64,000 nucleotides of DNA, from positions 3,286,001 to 3,350,000 of the forward strand of contig OX337228.1 in assembly GCA_946965045.2 (NCBI GenBank), written 5' to 3'. The notes beneath the pieces are model-generated. The model ran no database searches, was not told the origin of the DNA, and worked only from the letters and a program-made list of their open reading frames with translations. Origin of the DNA: Epithemia pelagica (Eukaryota; Protista; Bacillariophyta). A program made the translations under genes and the position numbers. Below are positions 33,101-44,671 of the stretch, one piece after another (positions within the stretch are counted from its first letter, which is position 1; each line of letters opens with the position of its first letter).

Positions 33101-35223
33101 GTTGTGATGGATATGGATGCTGATGATGAGGATGATGGAGGGGAGCTAGCCGGTGGAATAGAGGAGGAGAAAGAAGAAGAAGCATCTATCACGGTGGAGG
33201 ACGTGGGGATGGATGATGAAGAACATGAACAGGAGAACAACAACCAACCCCAAAATGAACCCCGATACAATTTACGACCGAATCGACAACGAAGCTATGC
33301 TCATCGATACGGGCATTCTTATGCCGCAGTGGACAAGCTTCAGCGTGGACGTTACGATGGTTATTTGAGAGATGGAATCCTGTATTTGGTGTCAACTGAA
33401 ATCAATATGGCAACACCACAAATGCCAATGAGGAAGGGCATAAAGTTGTTCGGTGATAAAGGAGTGGCTGCTGTGAAAGTAGAGATACAGCAGTTACACG
33501 ACCGCGGTGTTCTACAAGCTGTCCACAAAACTGATCTAACTTGGAATCAAGTGCAGGAAGCGCTAGGTTACTTGATGTTTCTAAAACGCAAGCGCTGTGG
33601 CAAAATCAAAGGACGAGGCTGCGCTGACGGGAGAAAACAACGATCGTATATTGAAAAACCCGACTCGGCATCACCCACAGTTGCTACTGAATCCGTCTTC
33701 ATCACTGCCGTGATTGACGCTTTAGAACGACGCGTGGTTGCAGTAGCTGATATACCAGGGGCGTTCATGCACTCCGACATGGACCCCAACGTATATATGC
33801 GGCTAGAAGGATTGATGGCTGAGCTATTGTTGGAAGTCGACTATGACACCTACGCTCCTTTCTTGACCTATGAGAAAGGTCAACCGGTAATTTATGTGGA
33901 GATGCTTAAAGCTCTTTACGGCACGCTTCGTGCCGCCCGCTTGTTTTGGGAGAAGCTTACCGCCGTGCTCAAGAGTTGGGGATTTGTTATCAATCCCTAC
34001 GACTCGTGTGTTGCAAATAAACAAGTAAACGATCGACAGCTCACTGTTACGTGGCATATCGACGATTTAAAAGTCTCGCACGTGGATGGCAAGGTAGTTC
34101 AGCAATTTTTGGATGACCTACGAGCGGAGTTCGGACAGTTGGGCGAAATCTCAGTGTCTGAGGGTACTCGACACGATTACCTTGGCATGTTCCTAGACTA
34201 TGGGGAAGATGGTGTGGTTCAAGTGGATATGAGATCGTATCTTGACACCATCCTACTTGACTTACCGAAAGAATGGATTGGTCGTGCCCGTAGCCCGGCA
34301 GCGAAACACCTCTATCATGTGAACCCAATGGCTCACAAACTGGATGAAACAAGAGCAGACCGGTTCCACAGTGTAACCATGCAACTCGCCTACATGGCCC
34401 AACGTGGTCGCCCGGACATACGGACTGCCGTGACTTTCCTCAGCACCCGTGTCATGTCACCTGATGATGATGACTATCGTAAGCTCGGACGTGTTCTGAA
34501 GTATTTACAATCCACACGCGATTTAATCCTACGCCTAGAAGGTGACCCAATGATGCATCTGTGGTGGTGGGTTGACGCATCTTATGCGACTCATCCCGAC
34601 CTCAAAGGACACACTGGGGGTTTCATGACCATGGGAAAAGGAGCAGTAGTGACGGCATCATCGAAACAAAAACTTGTGGCCCGTAGTTCCACTGAATGTG
34701 AACTCATTGGGGTACATGATGTACTCCCGTCTATCATCTGGACCAAGAACTTCATACAGGCACAGGGCCATGATATCAAGGACGTAACCCTACATCAAGA
34801 CAATCAGAGTAGTATTCTATTGTCAAAAAATGGACGGTTATCCAGTTCTAAACAAACCAAACACATCAACCTTTGCTACTTTTATATCACGGATTGCATC
34901 AAGCGCAAAGAGCTGGATATTGCATTCTGTCCGACTGAAGAGATGGTCGCCGATTTTTTACCAAGCCGTTACAAGGTCGCATCTTCTACCAATTGCGTGA
35001 TATCATCATGAATGTACCATCGGATAGTAAATATCATTCCTCGGCACAAAGGAGTGTGTTGAGGATAGCTGAGCAACCGGTGATTATAGAGGACCAAGGT
35101 GCGACCAGCGACGGGAAGAAGGATCTGAAAGATACGGAGTCATGGACATTGGTCTGTCGACGTGGCAAAAGCAACGAAAGAACGAACAAGAGAGCCAACG
35201 CTCATTCAATGGAGAATACGTAG
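30113..35223 (+). CDS. Gag-Pol polyprotein of element 1, with an apparent 1-nt deletion at 34954-34959
   Basis: PR WLLLDNQST; IN TIDVMH/ADGAF/EHVGDVER; RT KGRGCADGRKQ, DIPGAF, KALYG, WHIDD; RH VDASY, STECEL, QDNQS. Six T where seven restore DFFTKPLQG; the corrected frame stops at 35221-35223 inside the 3' LTR. Confidence 0.93.
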
Positions 35224-35390
35224 TTCGATAAGCCTATAAAGAGTTGCTTTTACGGCACGGCTTGTTAGAAGTTTCAACAGTCCCTAGATACTAGGTAGTC
35301 CCTCTCTATTATTTTCTGGTTGCATTTTAATGTCAAACGCCCTTCGCCTTCCGCAGGTGCTAGCGCCCGGCGACAGTACAGAATCGAGTC

Positions 35391-37187
35391 ATGAGTGCCC
35401 GGTCGTGGCACTACACGAGAACAATGAGAACTGGTTTTGTGCTGACGCTGCTCTACTTCTCAATGATGTCAATTTCTATGGAACACGCACAGAAAATGGT
35501 ACGACAAGAGCTTAACTCCGAAGTACATTTACATTGCAAAAGGTTCAGGAGACACCGATCACGGAAGAGTGAGTCTAAGTCTCGAATGTCGGAAACAATG
35601 GATGTCGATGGAAAAACGGGCAATGGGAAATTCGCGCATTTCAAACACTCCTTTGCGGGTGCTGTCCATTGCTTCTTAAAAGGATTTGAGGAAATTTTCT
35701 TTCCACGATTTCTTATACATCATTCTGAACCCTCGACTAACAAGCATCGCTATGGACATGGTCGCACTCATGTACGAGGTGGTGTCATGTTGGCTGGATG
35801 TGACACAGTGGCAGAGCATTATGAAAAGGTACAGAAAGTAATGGATGCAATCGCTGCGTTGCATGGTGCTGAAGGCTTAGCAGCAGCTGGTCTTGAATAT
35901 CGCACTGTTCTCTGTCCAGAACATCGGCTTTCAGAATCTGAGAAGATCGGGGTCTTGGGAGAAGTAGATGAGGAATCAGAAACGTGTGAGACAGTTGAAA
36001 GAGAAGCCACTCTGAACGGTTTGCCAGTCTCGCGTGACGACGTGACGTCTTCAGAATGCTCTGAGTCGTTGTGGTCTGTCCAATCAGAAAACCCATCCGA
36101 TGAAAGTTCTCATCTCCCTCTACATGAAACAGCATTGTCATCTTCGAGCGCAACCAATGATGGGTCTTCCATTACCCCCTGCCATCTATGCCATCAAAGA
36201 CTGTTTCATATTGAGTCAAATACGGCGATCACACCAGACAACCGCTTGCGTTATATTGCAGACGGAGATATGTACGAAGCGATTGCAGAGCTTTGTCAGG
36301 ATTATGCTCACCAGGTTATGTGCGATGAGATGCGAATGGAATGGGTTCCCATTGAGGATGACTCTGAGCACGACGACGAACCCAACGAACAGCACCCTCA
36401 CCATCGTCGTCGTCGTCGCCACCACCCTAGTGCAATTTGCTGTCTTGTGAATTCCAATCATCCATGTGTCGAAACAACAAGCAGTCAGGTTCAGGACGGA
36501 GCAAACCCAATGGCTGGTAGACCAACTATGTTGATCGGAACGGGGAGAGGCAAGGTTCGTGCAGGTATATTTTCAAGAAAACACTTGATTTGCAATAGCA
36601 TTGAGTCATCTACCGCGCTACCGTTTTTAAGGGAAGCAAAAGTTCGTAATATGAATGTTGTCATCCCTGACCCTAATGCTCGAGGCGAACGTTTCGGCTA
36701 CGATACATTTGGTAAAACTATGACGAAGCTTTTCTCCTCCTGGGAAAATGACGCACCAAACGTCACTGAAAGAGACATTTATATTCTCTCACATTCCGCA
36801 TCAGGTTCACACCTTGCTCGCTGTCTCATGGATCAGTCGCAAGCTTTAATACCTCACATTCGGGCTATTGCATTCACCGATTCCACACACAACATTCAAT
36901 GGACCAAGTCACAAAAGAGTTTGGAACTATTTCGTCTTTTAGAGTCACCAAAATCCGTCTATTTTCGCTGTTCGAACGAGGAAAGAGATAATCGGTGGTA
37001 TCTGCACGCAACAGGGGAAGAGGTAAAGACTGATTCGTTCTGGGAACATCGGTTCGGGAAAATAAAAACATACTGGGCTGGGACATGCGAACATTCGCTC
37101 ACCAATTTCTCTGCCCATTCGAAAATATGGGAACACTTTGATTGTCACTTGTCGAAGCGAGATGGAACGATTCGACATGAGACATGA
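35391..37187 (+). CDS. Arb2/FAM172-like alpha/beta-hydrolase-fold protein
   Basis: VVIPDPN, YILSHSASG, AIAFTDSTH and WAGTCEHSLTN resemble Arb2/FAM172 motifs; true start uncertain. Confidence 0.7.
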   Translation: MSARSWHYTRTMRTGFVLTLLYFSMMSISMEHAQKMVRQELNSEVHLHCKRFRRHRSRKSESKSRMSETMDVDGKTGNGKFAHFKHSFAGAVHCFLKGFEEIFFPRFLIHHSEPSTNKHRYGHGRTHVRGGVMLAGCDTVAEHYEKVQKVMDAIAALHGAEGLAAAGLEYRTVLCPEHRLSESEKIGVLGEVDEESETCETVEREATLNGLPVSRDDVTSSECSESLWSVQSENPSDESSHLPLHETALSSSSATNDGSSITPCHLCHQRLFHIESNTAITPDNRLRYIADGDMYEAIAELCQDYAHQVMCDEMRMEWVPIEDDSEHDDEPNEQHPHHRRRRRHHPSAICCLVNSNHPCVETTSSQVQDGANPMAGRPTMLIGTGRGKVRAGIFSRKHLICNSIESSTALPFLREAKVRNMNVVIPDPNARGERFGYDTFGKTMTKLFSSWENDAPNVTERDIYILSHSASGSHLARCLMDQSQALIPHIRAIAFTDSTHNIQWTKSQKSLELFRLLESPKSVYFRCSNEERDNRWYLHATGEEVKTDSFWEHRFGKIKTYWAGTCEHSLTNFSAHSKIWEHFDCHLSKRDGTIRHET

Positions 37188-37792
37188 GTATAAGCTTAGA
37201 GACGGGGAAGAGACTACCAATTTACGAGGAAGGAACTTTTCTGTATTGTCACGAGTGCCAATTTAGCCTGTAGTTGCCCTCTTAGACCCCTTCGTGTACT
37301 GGCGATCTTGGAGCACTACATTGTTTTTCTGTTGTCTCTTTCCCGTTTTTGTACTCGACGATAGATGATACTTCTAGAAGGTCATCTCGCAGCGGTTAGC
37401 GGCACTATCCGTTTGATGCAATTTTTATTACCCCACCCTCTTTAGACCCGACAAATAACAATGACCTGCCATCAACCCCCCAACAGCAACAGGAGTCTTT
37501 TTGTATCCCCCGAAAGTATGCCAGGTTACTGCTAGCTAGAGTCAGAATTCAGAATACAATACGAGTATAGGAGTATTATTGTTCAAGTTTTTCTACATAG
37601 ACTCTCTAGTAGAGAACTTTTTCGTGCTGAATTCTCCTCTGCCTGATCTGAGCGCGTTGACGTTGTTGTCAGGTCAATGGAAGCGTCCCCTGTCCCCTTC
37701 CTGCAGAAAGTCAAGGCGAGACTTTAAAGTTCCGACTCTTCTCCAGAGACTTGAAGTTTTTTCATTTCATTTCCTGAATTGGTCTCGTGAAA

Positions 37793-40700
37793 ATGTCACT
37801 AGACGATAGCAACATAGATGGTCATCGTCGACGGCGCGGATTGTTTCGCCGAAACATGAATGAAAATCACCAGTCGTTGTCGAACGATGACATGGATAGC
37901 CTTGGTATGGGATCTGGTTCTGCGAATGGCGATCAGATGAAAAAGCCTCGTCGTTTCAGGATGAGAAGGAGCAGAGACGACTCTATGATACGAAATTCGA
38001 AACCTGAAGTGATCACAACGAGATCAAGGTCCCGGAGTAACGATGAAGTTTCTTTTGATGCGAGCAGTGGCCGTGATTCCAAGGAGCCTAGACGCTGGAG
38101 ACGCTTTAATCCACTGGGATCGAAGAATCGAAATGCTAGCAGCAAAGATGGTGCGAGCGATGGAGGCTCCGACCGCTCGTCTTTGCAGCCCCATTCAATA
38201 CAGTATACCGACTCATTTGACAGCGACAACATGCTCAATCACGTTCGGACAGTAGATCCCAACACCAGTTTTAGGCGTCGAAACAGAGGGCCCGAAAAAG
38301 CAAAACAGGGCGACCCAATTCTTGCTGATGGAGGTTTCACTATCGACACAGAAAAGGATGGTATGGACAATTCTGTGGAACCACCCGTGAAACGCATTTC
38401 TTTTGACGAGTCAGTTCTTGAACAGGAGATGTCGACCCGGCCAAATATGTACAGCAATGGTAGTGTCATGAGAGGTTTAGGTGAGGGAAGCTTTGTTTCT
38501 CAGACCAGTATGCAAACTTATCGCAGCATGGGTGGTAAAGATACAGTGTCAGAACGTGCGCAATATTCTGCGCACGATGGAACTCGTGCAAGCAGAAATA
38601 GAAAGAAGTACCGTGTTCGGCCCTTCCACTGCTTTAATGATACGGTGCACATGACAGAAGAAGAGATATACAATGACAGTACAAAGCCCTCTCTCAACTG
38701 TGAAAAACTCAAATCATACCTCGCCCCGTCCACTAAAAGCCACACGAAATATCATGTGACCGAAGATATTCGAGAAAAGTACGGATCTCCCAGAGACGAT
38801 GGAAGAATTGGTTCCCTCCGCTGCGAAGTCCTTGGCTGTGTCAGCTTAGCGCGGAAATCCAAGCCTGATGTCTGTGTATATCTTGTCGCTGGCGATACTG
38901 CATTCTGCACAGATGTCATCCAGGGCTATCGCAGTCCAATGTGGCCAAGCGTTAGTCGTCGTGCAGCAGTCTTTCCTCTTCACCATGCGTACACACGACT
39001 CTATGCCGGAGTATTTGATGTCCGCGCGCGGAAAAACAAGGAGAATGACGTCTTTTGTGGACGTGTTTGTGTTGACGTTTCCTCGTTGAGGCCAAACACA
39101 GAATATGATATCACGTTCCCTTTACGGTCCTCCGCTTTTGTCTACGATAAGCAGAAGCGTGGCGTTTTGCGCCTTCGATTCTCGCTTCATTGGTTTTCCG
39201 AACGAGCTGCGGTCCTTTCGTACTTCTACAACCCTCGGACGTTGGATACAAGTTCTCCTCTTGTAGAAGGATCTCCTACAATTCCCTGCGCCGACCCCAA
39301 AACGTTTCGCAATGTGGCTGTTACTGTTCATGGTAATGATCTCCCAGGAAAATACTCCCGCTCGGCTTTTAAAGCAACAGTCCGTGAATTTCAACTGTAT
39401 CAGCTCAACGTCCGATACATGCTTAAGTACTTGGTGATAGATGCTGTGATGTATGAGAAGCCCTACATATCCCTGTACCTCTTCCTCGCCGGTATGCATT
39501 GTGTACTTACAGAGTCAGTCAGCAAAGTACCTCCTTATATCATGGGGTTCGTAATCATTCTGTACCTGGAGAACTACAAGCACTACGTCGCTGATACCTT
39601 GTACAATGAAGGGTACCAACCCCTGACCATGTTAGAGGTGTTCAAGGCGTTGGTGAGCAAGACGGGATCCGGCGACAAATACTTCGAACCTATCTTGGTA
39701 ACAAAGAGAGCCAAGCGACGGTCGAATCGGCGCAATCCGCGGACACTGCGGCGAATACAAGCAGATTCACTGGGTTCTACCTCAAATGACGATGGAGAAA
39801 ATCTTTTGATGGACCACAAAGAATTCCCGTTCTCCGACCGAGAAGCCTATCCTAAATTCAGCGTGGAAAACGCACTAGCTCCTAGTTCACGTAATAATGG
39901 TGCGCCCACATATTGTTTATTCCCATGTTCAAGTACATTCTAACTTCATGGTTTTCCGTTCTTCTTCAGGGAGCAACACAAGACTACACGGGAGACTCTC
40001 TGTCTATTATGCACCTGCCGATGCAGACCAAGGAGGTGGGAACGATAGCGCCGAAGAAGAAGAGGATGAGTCTAGCGACGAAAGTGCAGGTGATGAAACG
40101 ATCATGGAGGGAGCCGGGATTTATGATCAAGCTTTTGATCTTGACGACGAAGATATTGCCGCTGATCAAACTGTGGAGATTGCAAACAACCCTTATCAGT
40201 ACGAAGCCGCAAATCCTTATGGATATGGTTCTGGAAGCCCAGCCTCGACGGCGCAAGGAGAAAATGGCAAGCTCCGAAGAATCATTCATTCTACTCAGAA
40301 CATTGACGATTCTGGTGGCGCTGCTGTTCCACCCCAAGTGACCGTCAAGAGGGTTGAAAATTTGTTTCACAAGAATTCTTACAGTTTAGCAGTGGAAAAA
40401 GTTGTGGCACCACCAACTAAAGAACATGTGAAACTTGCGATGAACACAAGCAACGACAATGGGCATGAAAAACTCGCATTAACAACCGAGGAAATCGAGA
40501 AGGAGATCGAGAAGATGCGCAAATCTTACTTGGACGAGTTTGACAAACTTTTGGGACTGCAATCAAAGCATCCTAATCCCATATCAAGGATGTTTGCGAC
40601 ATTCCTTGGGCCTCTGATGCGTATCTTACGCATACCTGTGTTCATGTTTCGTATTTCTTTCAATGCATCGACCTGGCGAGACCCGTACCTTTCCTTCTGG

Positions 40701-41378
40701 CTTTTTTGTTTCATGTGTCTGACTCTGATCATATTGATGGCCTTTCCATGGCGTCTCTTCTTCTTGCTAGTCACGTTGGTTGGGCTTGGACCCCAGAACA
40801 TCTTCCTCAGGAAGTATATAGAAAAGCTTGTGGCCAAGAAGAAGGCAGAGGCGGAGACGGAAAAACATAAAGACACTACCACTGCGTCAGAAAGCGTTCC
40901 AATATCCAATGTGTCCGACCATCTTGGCAATATAATTCGAAGACAGCGAAGCGATGAATTTGATAGTGCCAGTGTCAAAACTGAAACCCGAAGGGGGTTA
41001 TTTGGAAGGAAGAAGAATCGGAAGGCACAGCCGGTGGTAGAGTCTTCCGAGTTTTTCATGACGCAAGATCGTCCGCCTTTCAGTTCCGGTTCGACAAGCA
41101 ACAGAAAACTACGCCCTAGGTCAGTTGTAGTTCCTTATACCCGACTTCGCAAAGAAAGATTCTATGACTGGCCTCCTGATCCGACTGTTTCTCGGGCCAC
41201 GCCGCTTGAGCTGGAAATGTGGTCAATGGATCATTTACAGGACGATAGTTTAGAAGACAAACCAGCAGAAGAAGAGCAGCACTTTGAAAGGCGGTTGAGC
41301 ACCGGTCATCAGCTATCACCAGATGCGCGGGGGATATCTTCGTCTGAGTCCCTACGAAGGAGAAGAGGCTCTCTTTAG
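37793..41378 (+). CDS. C2-domain protein with a C-terminal PRT_C-like membrane region (MCTP-like), 2 exons (intron 39900-39969)
   Basis: C2 pattern LRCEVLGC...SPMWP...LYAGVFD...DVFCGRVCVDV...GVLRLRFSLHW; STWRDPYLSFWLF...FPWR; the splice keeps the frame. Confidence 0.8.
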
Positions 41379-41426
41379 GGTAGACTCAAGCATTTCTGTA
41401 TTTGCTTCGATATAATTGCTAGAGAT

Positions 41427-42607
41427 CTAATCAGTCCAGTCAATTCGAATTGGGCGACCCATAAGATTTTTGCCGTTCAGAGAAGCAGCTTTGGAGCAAT
41501 CCTGCATTTAGGACATGTGAGAGCAGATGAACTCGGAAAGAAAATTGAGGCAAAAGAACTTACATCCGAGTTCCAGAATTCAACAAATCCACTGCAGTGA
41601 AGGGAACTGCGATTAGAGCGGGTCATCTATGAGCAACAAAGAAGTTCGTTTATTCGTACCATCCTTTGAAATCGCCTGAGTCTCTGTGGTGAAGCCACCG
41701 AACGGCTTTTACCTCGGCATCTACACTACCGAAAAACTTGGAAATTCCATCGTCATCAATATCATAGGATAGATTCCCAATGAAGAGTTTTCTGCAGTCC
41801 GGAGGTTTGACGCTCATGGCTTTCAAGCCCGATCCACCCGCTTGCCCACCCCCACCAGATCCATGCGATGCAGAAGACTTATTGGAGGTTGTGGGAGGCC
41901 AGACATCACCCGGCCTTGCCGGGGCGTAATTCACTTTTATTGGTCGCCCCATGAGCTGTGAGCCTGTCTTACCCACAGCATCAGCTGCTCTTGATGAGCT
42001 CTCCATCTCGACAAAAGATGAACCATAAAATGCACCCGACTCCTTATCTGTTATCCACTGCCAAAGACATGTTAGATTGTACCCATATATGATTCCCCCT
42101 ATATTTTGCGCATACCTTTATGTGTGTCACACCTGAAATAAACGCTTTCAACGACGATTCATCCACTGCGAATGGTAAGTTTCCAACGAAAAGCCGCGTA
42201 ATACCCTGAGGGTTCCCATGACAGGGAGTTTGCTTCAACTTTGGACATTGGATTTTTGTATCTTCTCCATGCTCAACAGAACATTGTGAGTCGACATGAC
42301 CAACATCGATGGTTCCCATGTCTACCTTCTTCTTTTTCGTTGATGCGTCAGAAGCATTGCTAGTTTTGCGCTTTTTCAAAAGTGATCTTGGGAGGGAAAC
42401 CAAACCATCTCGACTTAGAATGAGTTTCCCCTTTTTTTCAAGAGTTATGGCGGCTTTCTTATATTCTTTCTTGGCTAATTTTTCACTTTCATCACGCTGA
42501 AGTGAAAGTAGCACCATTTTCCGTAATTTTTTAATCTTGATTGATTTCGCGTTGTCCCCTTCGGTTTGCAGAGCTCCTGCTACTACCGAAAGTATTGCAT
42601 CTTCCAT
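41427..42607 (-). CDS. Two-RRM RNA-binding protein (nucleolin/NSR1-like), 4 exons
   Basis: RNP2 LFVGNL and LFIGNL; RNP1 SGAFYGSSFVEM and FKG/CGFVEF; ends GRPIRIDWTD* after three GT-AG introns (first 42058-42115). Confidence 0.85.
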
Positions 42608-43577
42608 TTTTCAGAGTGTGATGAACAGTTCAATGATAGAGATGAAAATATCTCTTTTGGATGGAATGATTTGTTAAGATCTCGACTCTCGACGATATTG
42701 ATTGGTGATAGGGCCATGTAGAGGATCGGGGATTGGATGGTAGGAAGGTTTCAACCGAATGTGGTAGAGTGTACTCCAAGGTACCTGCTGCTACCTACAA
42801 TAATAGAGGTAGGTAATCTGTCCGATCCGGCGGGTGTATAACTTCTGTCATCCATCCGACATTTTTCTTTTTTCATTTTAGTTTATATAACGTCCATAAC
42901 AACTGTCATAACTGGCTTCGCGCGCTTCGCCCTGGCTTTGGCTTGATACGGAGCACGACGCGAAGAAATCCCACACAAGGATGAACAGTGAACACACACG
43001 TGAAACAGAAAAAAACATGCACAAACACAAGACAAGTGGCAATGGCCCACAACAAGGAAAGCTCTTAGTACATTGACTGCAACTTAAATACAAGCATAGT
43101 CAACTCTATATGTATCTAGGTACTCCTCCTATTTGTTTAGGCTTCCTGGCCCTATCCATTGTATTGTGTCCTTCCTTAGACTCTGATGTCGTCCACACAC
43201 TGGTTGATTGTCATCTTGTCATTTTTCATCCTTCTTCTCATTCGGTTGATTGCCGCGTTTACTGATGATCCAGGGGGTAGATCTTGACAGTAGCATTCAT
43301 GCTATGGTCATTCATTTTGCTGGATTGTTCGATTTTGTTGCAGCCCCATTGTCATTTCTTGTGGTTCGTCGAATAGTGAGAAGTGAGACGATTCATGGCA
43401 CAAAATACGAGGCGAGGCCGGCGTTCAGATTTCAACGATCGAAGGCAGGCTGACGATTTGACATGGCAGGCGCTTTGGAAAAAAAAAAGAGGCCAAAGTT
43501 GGGCAACGCACGAAGGACAGAAAATATACACCTCTTGAATCGTTCCCTATACTCCTACTCCTAATATGCTCACGTTA

Positions 43578-44301
43578 CCCCCTAGCGGGGGTGGCTTATA
43601 GGGTGTAATTTCTCTGAGCCACCCCCATACCTATTTGCCAAAAATAACCTGTTTCCAGTCGGCCGGCATATCTCATTTCCTCCACCACGATAACAACACG
43701 GGCCATGGTGTTGCACAGGTTGTTGTGCACCAATTTGGACTCGTGAAACCTGTCTTCCTAGTCATAGACCTCAAACCATTAGCATCACCAAAATTTAAAG
43801 GTTAAGGCTATTATGCATCAGACTCATAGGCGCCATGCCTCGTGGCACAGGTACGGAAGCGACGTCTTGCCATTTCGAACGAAGCAACTCAAATGGACTA
43901 TATGGCTCTTATCTTGCTTTGTTTGGACACCTATTGGTACACAATACACATCACAGTAGTAGTTACACAGTGTATTGATAGCAAAACAGCAACTCTAATG
44001 TATGTTCACGCCATCATGGTCTCCTATTGTGCCGTATTACAGCGTCACTGTATTGGTCATTTCCTAGAATGGCCCGCATGCACTGTGCCCCTCACAATGC
44101 ACTGCCATGGTACCGATATGAAGCGTGTGATGGTCGGATCATGATGGGGTGGCCGTAGGAGGTCACCAGCAACGACAAAGTTTGATTGTCGTGTTGTTAT
44201 CGCGGTGGAAGGAATGAGAAATGCCGGCCGACTGGAGCCAGGAAAAAGATATGGGGGTGGTTCACAGAAACTACAACCTCAAAACCATCCCCGCTAGGGG
44301 G
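43578..44301. mobile_element. Non-autonomous TIR element (MITE-like, 724 bp, TA TSD)
   Basis: TA|CCCCCTAGCGGGG(G)TGG at the left end and CCA(T)CCCCGCTAGGGGG|TA at the right end; no convincing internal ORF. Confidence 0.7.
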
Positions 44302-44629
44302 TAATGATTACGTCACATCCGTGGACAGGTCCCTTGAGCTACCACTACTACTCCTCTATAACTTAGCATAGACTATGGACCTAAACGTCGGAAGAGTTGT
44401 CGAGAGTCGACCTGTTGGAACAGAACCAGGAGCCGAGCCAGGAACCAAGCAATAAGAGCGACCAAAGAATGAAGAACCCTACTGACGTGGAGGATTGGCA
44501 AGATGTCGCCCTAAGCGGTCATAAGATCCGCAAAATGAAGGAAACATCTAGTGCTCACTCTTTGTAATCTATAACGAAATTTGCTTAGCTTTGTTGCCTG
44601 TACAGCACGAAGACTGATCCGTTTCAACA

Positions 44630-44643
44630 TAGATTACAAAGAG
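44630..44643 (+). promoter_or_regulatory. Primer-binding-site position of element 2 (non-tRNA type, complementary to its own LTR)
   Basis: TAGATTACAAAGAG directly after the 5' LTR; reverse complement CTCTTTGTAATCTA at 44558-44571. Confidence 0.75.
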
Positions 44644-44671
44644 CTGACATTGTACTTCACGGCACAATCTG

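Larger units (their letters stand above)
29136..35279 (+). mobile_element. Full-length Ty1/Copia (CoDi-like) LTR retrotransposon, element 1
   Basis: 223-bp LTRs 29136-29358 and 35057-35279 (TGTTGA...TCAACA), identical by eye; TSD GTCCC (29131-35, 35280-84); PPT-like AAAGGAGTG 35048-35056; domain order PR-IN-RT-RH. Confidence 0.98.
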
